From assembly GCA_010909165.1 (NCBI GenBank), contig MU008164.1:496001-560000 (forward strand): a stretch of 64,000 nucleotides of DNA, in the 5' to 3' direction. A model generated the notes under the pieces. That model was not told the origin of the DNA and ran no database searches. It worked only from the letters and a program-made list of their open reading frames with translations. The DNA comes from Anthoceros angustus (Eukaryota; Plantae; Anthocerotophyta). This document shows, one piece after another, positions 41,101 to 54,100 of the stretch (position 1 is the stretch's first letter; every line of letters begins with the position of its first letter). The translations under genes and the position numbers were made by a program.

Positions 41101-44100
41101 GGAGAGCACTCCAAACACAAGCAAAATCAAGCGAGTTCGAAATGGAGAGCACTTGTCACCCACATCTCTTCGCAAACTTCGTCCGACCCACACACTAACT
41201 TTACACACACCTCGAGATTGGAGTGGCGGCTTTGGCACCAGCGAAGGCAACGATGGCACAGCGGTGGCAATCAAAAGGAGCAAGCGTGAGGGCTTACCTG
41301 TAGATAAGCTGCCGTTTCTTAATGACGTGAGAATTTTATCGCAAGTCAATCGTAAACAGCTAGTCAAGCTGTTAGGTTGTTGCTTGGAGAAGAAAGTTGC
41401 TCTCCTTGTCTTCGAGTTATGTTCCCAAGGGCACCTTACATAAGGGAAAAGGGGAGGGATACAGTCCAGGCTCACTTGGAGACAACGGCCGGCCTACAGT
41501 TGCTCTTCAAACCTTTGAGGCTTTAGAGTATCTACATTTAGCAGCCCAACGTGATCTATGTTTCATAGAGATGTTAAGTCTTCAAATTTAAACATTCTTC
41601 TAGACCACTACCTAAATGCTAAGGTGGCTCATTTAGCATTTCAAAATTTGCCCAATGGGCGCTAGTCATGCATCCCTTGTAATCGGGGCACCTTGGCGGA
41701 TTACCTTGATCCAGTATTATACAAGCTTATAGTTCCTGTGCCAAAGTGATTGATATCTAAAGCTTTAGTGAATGCAGTGTTATTGGAACTTATTTCAGCT
41801 AGTTAACTCTCCTGTGATATCTTTTGAAGACATATAATGAGGCAACGTTAGTGGAATTGGCGTTCTTTGTGAAGAACAAGAGGGATTGGAAACTTTCTTT
41901 GTGAAGAACAAGAGGGATTGGGAACCTTTCGTCGATCCTGTCCTAATAGAAACTTTGAATTCCGCTCTTTGGCATTGAAATCAAGAGACCGACTATCTAT
42001 TAAGCGGTATGAAAGATGCAATCGTTATATATATATATATATATATATGCTTTCAAATATTTGTTTTGATCACTTGAGCATCTCCCAATCACAAATATAT
42101 GGTGATGTTAAGTGCACCATCTCTTTGCAAAGTTCTCGATCTTCTAAAGATGAGGCCGATCTAGAGGGTAGTCACATGAATGATAGAGCTTGAAATGGAC
42201 TTGTCTTTTGAAGACTTGTGTTTTCTATTAACTTTGAAACCCACTTCGTTAGTCTTCATAGAAAAAATGCCAACGAAGACTAATTGCAGCCAGCCAATTA
42301 ATTTACCCTATCTATCACGATAATCATGAGTAGAAAAATTATTATTTTCTAAGAAAATGAATCAACCTTCTTCTTTGTAAAACAACAAAGAAATATATAT
42401 TCATAGTAAACTTTGATATGATCAAAGCACAGCCCTAGCGTAAAAGTACCCAATCGGAATAACTCACATACTTTTGTTCCTTACTTTTAATTGGTTTAGT
42501 TTCTTTGATAGTAATCCCAACAATGTTTATTCTTGCATTCGATGTATTGGATATTCCACCCCATCATGTCCCCGATAATTCCACCTCCATAATGTCCACC
42601 AATAATTCCACCTCCATCATATCCATCGACTTAGATGAGTCATGAACCTCCATCATATCCATTCTATATCGTCCCATTCATCTTCTCTCATTCCATCCTC
42701 ATGCGCATACTCATCTTCATCCTCATCCGCATACCCATCTTCATCCTCATTTTCATTTTCATTTCCTTCATCTTTATTTTCATTGTCATCCTCATTTTCA
42801 TTTTCATTTTCATGATTTCTCATTTTCCTTCTCCTCCTCATCTTCATTTACATTTTCATTTTCATCCTCATCTTCTTGCTTGTCCTCGTCTTCATTTTCC
42901 TTTGCATTTTCATCGTTATCTTTCAGCTTCCATCTTCATCCGACTCAACTCCTCGATTGTAAGCCTAGCAAGATCTTCACAACACACATTTATGTAGAAA
43001 ATAATATCTTCTACCTCCATCGAATCTATTGGATATTCCACCTCCATCACATCCATCGGGATTCCACCCCTATCATATCCATTGAGAATTGGAGCTCCAT
43101 CATATCCACTAACTTAAATGAGTCTTGAACCTCCATCATATCCGCAATATGTCGCCCCATTTTGCTATGGGCAAGCCGAGCTCCCAAGTGTGAACTTTTA
43201 GTGCGAGACCTCATCCTCATCCTCAATTTTATTTTCATTCTCATCTTCATCGGCTCCTCATCCTCATCTTTCGCTTCCCGAAATCTTAATTCACTCATCC
43301 TCAAATTCTTCATAATGATGATGGTAAGAAAAATGTTGAGGTACTTGATCTTATACCAACTATGGACTCTAGGCTTACAAGAAAAGAAGAAGAAAGTGTT
43401 GGGACACAATCGATCCTTTGGGCTATGGGCTTCTTGGATGTAGGAGGAAGCACTTGTCAAATTGAATCAGCTTGGTGTGTCCATGAGACACTTTTGGATA
43501 ATTCCATTTTGAGCATACATATATATACAACCTAGATATGGTTTGGTCCTTGGACTTTGGTTTCAAGTTTAAAGATCACTTCTAAAATCAACGACGCTGA
43601 ATTCAGAAAGCCAAAGACCAAGGACCAAAAGTTAGTGTTGTTCCTAAAGTTGCATGAAGCAAAGCCAAAGAGCAAGGACCAAAAGTTGTTCCATAAGTTG
43701 AATGATCGAAGCAAACCCAAAGACCAAGGACCAAAACTGTTTCTAAAGTTGCATAGAGCAAAGCCAAAGACCAAGGACTCAAAGCTACTGCTAAAGTTAC
43801 ACAAGCAAACCCAAACACCAAAACCAAAAGCTCCTCCAAAATTTCACAAATGAAGATTAGTATCAATTGTTACAAGGTTCTAGCTTTTTACGGTGAAGGT
43901 GGATGGTCAAGACGAGAAGGTGTCATGTTGCGATGTTGCAGCAATCACAGTTGTTCACATACCCCAAGATCAGAGAAGCAATGATCGGATGGCATGCTTG
44001 TAGCTAGTGGGGCCTCGGTTTGTAACTCTGTTGTATTTGTCTTTGGAGGTTTTGTTCAATGTATAATACTATTTTCTACAACATTCACTATGGGCGCCTC

Positions 44101-47100
44101 TCGCAGAGGAAGTCAACATACATGCACTAATGTTCCTGACTCGAGTTTATGGATTTGGCGGTTTCGGGTTTATTTAAACACGGCAACGATTGAACGCGCA
44201 TCCAACAGACTCGGCGACTCCATGGAAGGCTTGCTTATAGTCTCAAATTGTCTTGGATCTTAATCACGGCAATTTGGAGGAGACTCGGAGGCCTTCACTC
44301 GGTTTGCCCGAGTTGAGGTACATGAATGTGTCCAACAACGATCGAAGTCGTGGCACATCCTCTGTCGGCTATTTCAACGAGCCAAGCCTGCTTGCTAACA
44401 ATTCAACTTTGCGGTGCTCTTCTTCCGTCCTGTAATTATGGCGAATGGGGCGGAATCCAACTGCTTCAGGATGAGATGATCATCCCGATCAAGCAAACCC
44501 AAAGACCAAGGACCAAAACTGTTTCTAAAGTTGCATAGAGCAAAGCCAAAGACCAAGGACTCAAAGCTACTGCTAAAGTTACAAACAAGCAAACACCAAA
44601 ACCAAAAGCTCCTCCAAAATTTCACAAATGAAGATTAGTATCAATTGTTACAAGGTTCTAGCTTTTTACGGTGAAGGTGGATGGTCAAGACGAGAAGGTG
44701 TCATGTTGCGATGTTGCAGCAATCACAGTTGTTCACATACCCCAAGATCAGAGAAGCAATGATCGGATGGCATGCTTGTAGCTAGTGGGGCCTCGGTTTG
44801 TAACTCTGTTGTATTTGTCTTTGGAGGTTTTGTTCAATGTATAATACTATTTTCTACAACATTCACTATGGGCGCCTCTCGCAGAGGAAGTCAACATACA
44901 TGCACTAATGTTCCTGACTCGAGTTTATGGATTTGGCGGTTTCGGGTTTATTTAAACACGGCAACGATTGAACGCATCCAACAGACTCGGCGACTCCATG
45001 GAAGGCTTGCTTATAGTCTCAAATTGTCTTGGATCTTAATCACGGCAATTTGGAGGAGACTCGGAGGCCTTCACTCGGTTTGCCCGAGTTGAGGTACATG
45101 AATGTGTCCAACAACGATCGAAGTCGTGGCACATCCTCTGTCGGCTATTTCAACGAGCCAAGCCTGCTTGCTAACAATTCAACTTTGCGGTGCTCTTCTT
45201 CCGTCCTGTAATTATGGCGAATGGGGCGGAATCCAACTGCTTCAGGATGAGATGATCATCCCGATCAAGCAAACCCAAAGACCAAGGACCAAAACTGTTT
45301 CTAAAGTTGCATAGAGCAAAGCCAAAGACCAAGGACTCAAAGCTACTGCTAAAGTTACAAACAAGCAAACACCAAAACCAAAAGCTCCTCCAAAATTTCA
45401 CAAATGAAGATTAGTATCAATTGTTACAAGGTTCTAGCTTTTTACGTGAAGGTGGATGGTCAAGACGAGAAGGTGTCATGTTGGGATTTGCAGCAATCCT
45501 CGTTGTTCACATACCCCAAGATCTGTGAGTAGGGCGCTCTTGGATGGCATGCTTGTAGCTAGTGGGGCCTCGGTTTGTAACTCTGTATTTGTCTTTGGAG
45601 GTTTTGTTCAATGTATAATACTATTTTCTACAACATTCACTATGGGTCCTATGGAGGAAGTCAACATACATGCACTAATGTTCCCGACTCGAGTTTATGG
45701 ATTTGGCGGTTTGGGGTTTATTTAAACACGGCAACGATTGAACGCATCCAACAACAGACTCGGCGACTCCATGGAAGGCTTGCTTATAGTCTCAAATTGT
45801 CTTGGATCTTAATCACAATTTGGAGGAGACTCGAGCGCTTCACTTGGTTTGCACGAGTTGAGGTACATGAATGTGTCCAACAACGATCGAAGTCGTGGCA
45901 CATCCCGTCGGGTCTCATTTACGAGCGAGCCAAGCTTTTTGCTAACAATTCAACTTTGCGGTGCTCTTCTTCCGTCCTGTAATTATGGCGAATGGGGCGG
46001 AATCCAACTGCTTCGTGTGGATGAGATGATCATCCCGATCGATGGTATTTACGGTCGAGTTGTTACTATCCATTCTCGCGATATGGGAGAGAGCACTCCA
46101 AACACAAGCAAAATCAAATGAAGTTCGAAATGAGAGCACTTGTCACCCACATCTCTCTTCGCAAACTTCGCCCAGCCATGCCTAACTTTACACACACCTC
46201 GGAGATTGGGTGGGCGGCTTTGGCACCTGCGGAAGGCAGCGATGGCAATGTGGCAATCAAAGGAGCAAGCGTGAGGGCTCACCTATAGATAAGCCGCCGT
46301 TTAATGACGTGAGAATTTTATCGAAGTCAATCGAAATAGCTAGTCAAGTCGTTAGGTTGTTGCTTGAGAAGAAAGTTGCTCTCCTTGTCTTGAGTTATGT
46401 TCCCAAGGGCACCTTACATAAGGGAAAAGGGAGGGATGCGTCCAGCTCACTTGGAGACAACGGCCGCCTACGGATTGCTCTTCAAACCTTTGAGGCTTTA
46501 GAGTATCTACATTTAGCAGCCCAACGAGATCTATGTTTCATAGAGATGTTAAGTCTTCAAATTTAAACATTCTTCTAGACCACTACCTAAATGCTAAGGT
46601 GGCTCATTTAGCATTTCAAAGTCAGCCCAATGGGCGCTAGTCATGCATCCCTTGTAATCGGGGCACCTTGGCGGATTACCTTGATCCCGAGTATTATACA
46701 AGCTTATAGTTCCAAAGCCAAAGTGATTGATATCTAAAGCTTTAGTGAATGCGTGTTATTGGAACTTATTTCAGCTAGTTAACTCTCCGTGATATCTTTT
46801 GAAGACATATGATGAGGCAACGTTAGGAATTGGCGTTCTTTGTGAAGAACAAGAGGATTGGAAACTTTCTGTGAAGAACAAGAGGATTGGGAACCTTCGT
46901 CGATCGGCCCTAATAGAAACTTTGAATTCCGCTCTTTGGCATTGAAATCAAGAGACCGACTATCTATTAAGCGGTATGAAAGAGATGATATATATATATA
47001 TATATATATATATATGCTTTCAAATATTTGTTTTGATCACTTGAGCATCTCCCAATCACAAATATATGGTGATGTTAAGTGCACCATCTCTTTGCAAAGT

Positions 47101-48824
47101 TCTCGATCTTCTAAAGATGAGATCGATCTAGAGGGTAGTCACATGAATGATAGAGCTTCGTAAATGGACTTGTCTTTTGAAGACTTGTGTTTTCTATTAA
47201 CTTTGAAACCCACTTCGTTAGTCTTCATAGAAAAATGCCAACTTGAAGACTAATTGCAGCCAGCCAATTAATTTACCCTATCATGATAAGATAATCATGA
47301 GTAGAAAAATTATTATTTTCTAAGAAAATGAATCAACCTTCTTCTTTGTAAAACAACAAAGAAATATATATTCATAGTAAACTTTGATATGATCAAAGCA
47401 CAGCCCTAACTAAAAGTACCCAATCGAATAACTCACATACTTTTGTTCCTTACTTTTAATTGGTTTAGTTTCTTTGATAGTAATCCCAACAATGTTTATT
47501 CTTGCATTCGATGTATTGGATATTCCACCCCATCATGTCCCCGATAATTCCACCTCCATAATGTCCACCAATAATTCCACCTCCATCATATCCACGACTT
47601 AGATGAGTCATGAACCTCCATCATATCCATTCTATATCGTCCCATTCATCTTCTCTCATTCCATCCTCATGCATACTCATCTTCATCCTCATCCGCATAC
47701 CCATCTTCATCCTCATTTTCATTTTCATTTTCCTTCATCTTTATTTTCATTGTCATCCTCATTTTCATTTTCATTTTCATGGTCGTTCTCATTTTCCTTC
47801 TCCTCCTCATCTTCATTTACATTTTCATTTTCATCCTCATCTTCTTGCTTGTCCTGCCTTCATTTTCCTTTGCATTTTCATCGTTATCTTCAAATTCTCC
47901 GCATCTTCATCCGACTCAACTCCTCGATTGTAAGCCTAGCAAGATCTTCACAACACACATTTATGTAGAAAATAATATCTTCTACCTCCATCAATCTATT
48001 GGATATTCCACCTCCATCACATCCATCGATTCCACCCTATCATATCCATTGAGAATTGGAGCTCCATCATATCCACTAACTTAAATGAGTCTTGAACCTC
48101 CATCATCCGCATATGTCCCCATTTTGCTATGGGCAAGGAGCTCCCAAGTGTGAACTTTAGTGCGAGACCTCATCCTCATCCTCAATTTTATTTTCATTCT
48201 CATCTTCATCGGGCTCCTCATCCTCATCTTTCTCGCTCCAAATCTTAATTCGACTCATCCTCAAATTCTTCATAATGATGATGGTAAGAAAAATGTTGAG
48301 GTACTTGATCTTATACCAACTATGGACTCTAGGCTTACAAGAAAAGAAGAAGAAAGTGTTGGGACACAATCGATCCCTTTGGGCTATGGGCCATCTTGGA
48401 TGTAGGAGGAAGCACTTGTCAAATTGAGCAGTTGGTGTGTCAAAGGTGACACTTTTGGATAATTCCATTTTGAGCATACATATATATACAATCAGATATG
48501 GTTTGGTCCTTGGACTTTGGTTTCAAGTTTAAAGACTAAAAATCAACGATCGTTGCATGAATTCAGCAAAGCCAAAGACCAAGGACCAAAAGTTAGTGTT
48601 GTTCCTAAAGTTGCATGAAGCAAAGCCAAAGAGCAAGGACCAAAAGTTGTTCCATAAGTTGAATGATCGAAGCAAACCCAAAGACCAAGGACCAAAAACC
48701 TGTTTCTAAAGTTGCATAGAGCAAAGCCAAAGACCAAGGACTCAAAGCTCTGCAAGTTACACGGCAAACCTAAACACTAAAACCAAAAGCTCCTCCAAAA
48801 TTTCACAAATGAAGATTAGTATCA

Positions 48825-49448
48825 ATTGTTACAAGGTTCTAGCTTTTTGGTGAAGGTGGATGGTCAAGACGAGAAGGTGTCATGTTGACGGTTGCAGCAA
48901 TCCACGTTGTTCACATACCCCAAGATAATGAGTAGGGCAGCTAATGGATGGCATGCTTGTAGCTAGTGGGGCCTCAGTTTGTAACTGTTGTATTTGTCTT
49001 TGGAGGTTTTGTTCAATGTATAATACTATTTTCTACAACATTCACTATGGACGCCTCTCTGCAACAGAGGAAGTCAACATACATGCACTAATGTTCCCTG
49101 ACTCTTGTAGGTCTACAATGCAGCACGTCAAGTAGCCATCCATGATATGATATCGAAGTTCACCAAAGGTTACCAAATGGAAGATAGGGAGAGGGGTTTG
49201 AAGGTGCGACATTTTTGATGTCTCTCTCTCTTGTCCTTATATGTGTGGCTTTTGACCCTTACTAATGTCTTTTGGATGTGCGCGTCGCGTACTGCATTTG
49301 AGTGGAGGAGAGAAACAACTAGTTGCTCTGACCCGTGTGTTTCTGAAGGCTCCTCAAATTTTGTAAGCTACTTCCCTATGCCATTGCGCTTGTGAATCCT
49401 ATTGGTGATCACTGTCCATGCCTTGGTTGTATCTATGACTTCTGGTTC
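48825..49448 (+). pseudogene. Partial unprocessed duplicate of the ATM3 gene (equivalent to ~11005-11680; exons 15-18 with introns). Shorter versions (equivalent to ~11005-11340) end each of the other nine array units
   Basis: Colinear with ATM3 exons and introns (GGTGAAGGTGGATGGTCAAGAC, TTCTACAACATTCACTATGGACG, TTGAGTGGAGGAGAGAAACAAC). Acceptors are mutated (TGCAG>TGGAG, TGCAG>TGCAT), there is a small insertion in exon 16, and a 50-bp deletion (11259-11308 equivalent) removes a donor site. Confidence 0.92.
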
Positions 49449-50337
49449 TACAGATTTTACAACAACCAGTCCCGTAGGACAATGAAATTGGGAATAAACA
49501 ACACCCCATGGCTTTTACAAAAGCCAGTCCCGTAGGACCATATTTAACAAGGAACTATAAATAACACTCATCCTGCTGGTAGTGATTCGTCCCAAGGACG
49601 TTTTGACTGTGGAGTTGCAATGAACTCTTATCTAGATCTCACTCCTTGAAGGGAGGAGTGGAAGAGATCTTGGCGACATTAAGCAAGCAACACATAAGAA
49701 AGGATTTTTGTCACGAAATCGGTAGTACATGAAGTGAGCATATGCATACTAGACAAAGTGGTTAGAGGGAAGATAATATTGTGGTGGTGGCCAGTTGGCG
49801 TAGCTCACCGGGCTTCCAATTTGTCAGCGTTAACTTCGATTGTGTTCGTGGGTCTGAAGAACTTGCGAGGATGTGATCTCCACATGATCCGATCAACTGG
49901 GAGGAATTCAGTACTTTCTGTTCCTTACTCCTCTCGGGTACGTATGGCATGCCGTTTCCGACACTTCGGTCCTTGCAATGTTTCTGTGGTTTTTATGGAA
50001 GTTGCTGCGTGCCCTGTGACCCAAATATGGTTCTTTGGGTCACAGCGGCCATGTGCAAGTACGACGTTCGGAACACCCATCCCCTGGCTCAGAAGAATGT
50101 GCGAAAGTTTTTAGAAACTTTGCCATCCTTACGTGGCTGGTTTGTCAGGCCATATTTCTACAGGATTCGGCACATTTATACGATGACCATAATAAACACA
50201 ATACAATTCAAACTTTTTCAAAGAAACTTTTCAAAGCGCACATTATGGTCCGATGCTCTCGCGTGCGATCGTCGCTATGGTCAGATGCTCGCACGTCGCA
50301 ATGGTCCAGCGGAGGGGTGGCAAGGGGAGCGGTGGCC

Positions 50338-50496
50338 AGGGCATGGGCTGAAATGGCATGGCATAGCATGGTATAGCATGGCTGGCATGGTATAGCATGG
50401 CTAGAATGGTGGGCATGGCTGGCATGGCTAGCATGGTGGGCATGGATGGCATGGCTAGCATGGCATGGTATGGTGGGCATGTCATGGCATGGCATG
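50338..50496. repeat. Degenerate (GGCAT/AGCAT)-based minisatellite
   Basis: GGCATGGCATAGCATGGTATAGCATGGCTGGCATGG... read directly. Confidence 0.85.
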
Positions 50497-51199
50497 ATTT
50501 CAGAAACGTTTCTTTAAGGTTTCTCATCACAACCTTGCCTATCACCCATGCCCAACAACCATTGTCACCGAATGGTGGCACGCGTGATTGCACATGTACA
50601 TAGGCACCCCACTCCAAATCATGCAGTTAGATACTGATGGCCAATCCCGCGATGTAGCGAGCCTCCTTAATGGCCGCTCTCGTCGCCTTGTGCAGAGGCT
50701 CGTCGAAGTTGATCTTCTCATCCGGCCACTGGCTTATATAGTGTGCACCCTAGAACTTAGATCAGAGCAGCTTGTAGCGCATGATGGTGAGGATGATGAT
50801 AGTTAGGTTGTAGTCTCCGCAAGTGCTACCGCACTGGCTGGCCCTCTTTATTCAGGTTTTTTTTATTCCCAATCTGAAATTTGGTTACACCAAAAAAAAC
50901 ATGCAAAGGTTGTCTCATAGGGTGAACAAGTGCTGGCAGGCATTGTCGCCAAGGTGGCATTGGGTGCCATCGGGGTCTCAATTTTGGCAGCTCAAATTTG
51001 GCCACACCAGGTACGGCCTTCCAGTTTGTAGCAGCCTAGTGTGGTGGGTTGTCACTGGTCACCACTTTGTGGAGGCGCTCCGGGACCTGCTCACCTCGTT
51101 TGAAGGAACAAGTCGTTGGCAAACTAACAAGCCGCGCGCTGCAACACTTATGCAAACAAGGAAGCACGGCGTGTGGCTGAAGCCGGGTATCGAATGGCT

Positions 51200-54100
51200 T
51201 CCAACCCCGGGGTTCGACTCCCATGCCTAGATGTATTATTTTTTTATGCATAGAACATGGAACAAGTTCATTTTAAGGGGTAGCAATGTTTTGCATTAAA
51301 AAGTGACATTTCTTAAGTTGGACATAAATGTGGATTCGCTTTAAAATCTACATGGTAATTCCAACTTAATATCTATTTTAATATTATTCTATTTTATGTT
51401 AAAGATATTAACTTTATTCTTTAAGTTGGAATTTTAATTTAAAATTAATTTCCTTAACACCTACTAGCAATTCTAACTTAACATCTATCTTTATGAGTAA
51501 CTTATTTTGCTTTAAAGACATTAAAGTTATCCTTTAAGTTGAAATTTTAATGCAAAATCTACTTTTTAATTTTGGAATTTTTATTAGTTTACACGTGAAG
51601 TCTAGTGGGGGCAAGAAGGCTATCGTTGTGGCCCCCTTATAAGAAAAGACTTGGGCGGGCCAAATCCTACAAATCACAACCCATGCCATGGGCCCGCCAA
51701 AGCATGCATCTATGCCTACTGTGTGTGTGATAAGACGTTTTGGTACAGACAGTGGCTCCAAGCTGGCTAGTTAGTTTGCTTCAAACATAGGGTGAGTGGG
51801 CTATAGCTCAGACCAAGGATCTAGAAGATCCTGGGTATTTTTAGAACATGGAACAAGTTCATTTTAAGGTAAGGGGTAGCAATGTTTTGCATTAAAAAGT
51901 GACATTTCTTAAGTTGGACATAAATGTGGATTCGCTTTAAAATCTACATGGTAATTCCAACTTAATATCTATTTTAATATTATTCTATTTTATGTTAAAG
52001 ATATTAACTTTATTCTTTAAGTTGGAATTTTAATTTAAAATTAATTTCCCTTAACACCTACTAGCAGTCCTAACTTAACATCTATCTTTAAGAGTAACTT
52101 ATTTTGCTTTAAAGACATTAAAGTTATCCTTTAAGTTGAAATTTTAATGCAAAATCTACTTTTTAATTTTGGAATTTTTATTAGTTTACACGTGAAGTCT
52201 AGTGGGGGCAAGAAGGCTATCGTTGTGGCCCCCTTATAAGAAAAGACTTGGGCGGGCCAAATCCTACAAATCACAACCCATGCCATGGGCCCGCCAAAGC
52301 ATGCATCTATGCCTACTGTGTGTGTGATAAGACGTTTTGGTACAGACAGTGGCTCCAAGCAGGCTAGTTAGCTGCTTCCAAACATAGGGTGAGTGGGCCA
52401 TAGCCAGCTGTATCCAAGGATCTAGAAGATCTGGGTATTTTTAGAACAACGGAGTCACTACATATAATGGCCCCAACATTTGTAACGGGGATCGGGCAAT
52501 ATCACGGATTGACCCCTTTCTCATTTCAATACAGAGCTTGTCAAGCCACTCCATGCTTTTGATCATGGGCCTAATCAACCATGCCGTTGTTTGCATGTGT
52601 GCACGCTCACTGCAGGGGCCTTGCTACCATTGAAGGGATATGAAGCTTGAGAGTCTGAGAGGTGTTCAAGTCCCTGCTTAGCTAACCATCAAATGTCCAC
52701 TTATGCATAGAACATGGAACAAGTTCATTTTAAGGGGTAGCAATGTTTGCATTAAAAGTGACATTTCTTAAGTTGGACATAAATGTGGATTCGCTTTAAA
52801 ATCTACATGGTAATTCCAACTTAATATCTATTTTAATATTATTCTATTTTATGTTATTAAAGATATTAACTTTATTCTTTAAGTTGGAATTTTAATTTAA
52901 AATTAATTTCCTTAACACCTACTAGCAATTCTAACTTAACATCTATCTTTAAGAGTAACTTATTTTGCTTTAAAGACATTAAAGTTATCCTTTAAGTTGA
53001 AATTTTAATGCAAAATCTACTTTTTAATTTTGGAATTTTATTAGTTTACACGTGAAGTCTAGTGGGGCAAGAAGGCTATCGTTGTGGCCCCTTATAAGAA
53101 AAGACTTGGCGGCCAAATCCTACAAATCACCCATGCCATGGGCCAAAGCATGCATCTATGCTCACGTGTGTGATAAGACGCTTTTTGACAGAATGGCTCC
53201 AAGCTGATTAGTTAGCTTCCAAACATAGGGTGAGTGGGCCATAGCCGGTATCCAAGGATCTAGAAGATCCGGGTATTTTTAGAACAACGAGTCACTACAT
53301 ATAATGGCCCCAACATTTGTAACGGGGCAATATACGGGATTGACCCCTTTCTCATTTCAATCACGAGCTTGTCAAGCCACTCCATGCTTTTGATCATGGG
53401 CCTAATCAACCATGCCGTTGTTTGCATGTGTGCACGCTCACTGCAGGGGCCTTGCTACCATTGAAGGGATATGAAGCTTGAGAGTCTGAGAGGTGTTCAA
53501 GTCCCTGCTTAGCTAACCATCAAATGTCCGCCTGTGTGCATTGGTTGGATGTGTTATTCAAAACCATAGGCCTGCTTGACTAACGCTATGTGTATGTGTG
53601 TGTGTACTCCTGTGTGCATCCTAGGATCCGCTCATCACCGTTGTACTTGTATGGCAGGCACAACAATCACCACCGTGTTTATACCTCTTCGAATCGCCAT
53701 GCTCTACCATAGTGACTTATGCTTGAATGAGAATGCCTAACACATTTGCCACTCCTACCTTTGTTGTTTCCCCAATGCAAACCACCACCTAACACTACAC
53801 ATAAGTTGTAAGTGACATAAGTTTTTAAGCGTGCACCTTATGCCTACACATAACATGTAACCTATAATCCATGATATGCACTTGCCAAAGTCTGCACCTC
53901 ATACCTACACATAACTAGGATTGCGGGCCTAGTATATTATATATAGGGAAAGAAAATCAACGTGTGTGCAATTAGAACACTTGTTGCTTAAAAAGTTCAG
54001 GAGGATGATCTATTTTTGCTTGCTGGTAGAAAATTTTGGTTATTTTACTACCACAAAAAAAAAAATCTTGCATTGAAGACAATGAGGTGAGGGTTGCTCT

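Larger units (their letters stand above)
22400..49104 (+). repeat. Head-to-tail tandem array: 7 full ~3.41-3.52-kb units plus 3 short units (1037, 778, 770 bp). Unit = LRR/TM/kinase pseudogene 3' part + (TA)n + acidic low-complexity block + CCAAAGACCAAGGAC repeats + ATM3 fragment
   Basis: Shared junction (G)ACTC|GAGTTTATGG gives unit starts at 22400 (founder), 25915, 26952, 30362, 33807, 37263, 40706, 44143, 44921 and 45691. Marker GATGAGTCATGAAC at ~24400, 28848, 32306, 35742, 39183, 42634 and 47602. Confidence 0.95.

Noticed and set aside
22400-49104. Helitron tandem array as the explanation for gene capture
   Set aside because: The unit junction is not CTRR|TC, and no terminal hairpin or Rep/helicase sequence is visible.
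49466-49602. GTCC-CGTA-GGAC (twice) and CGTCC-CAA-GGACG hairpins resembling hammerhead helix II
   Set aside because: The CTGANGA and GAAA core is missing on both strands.
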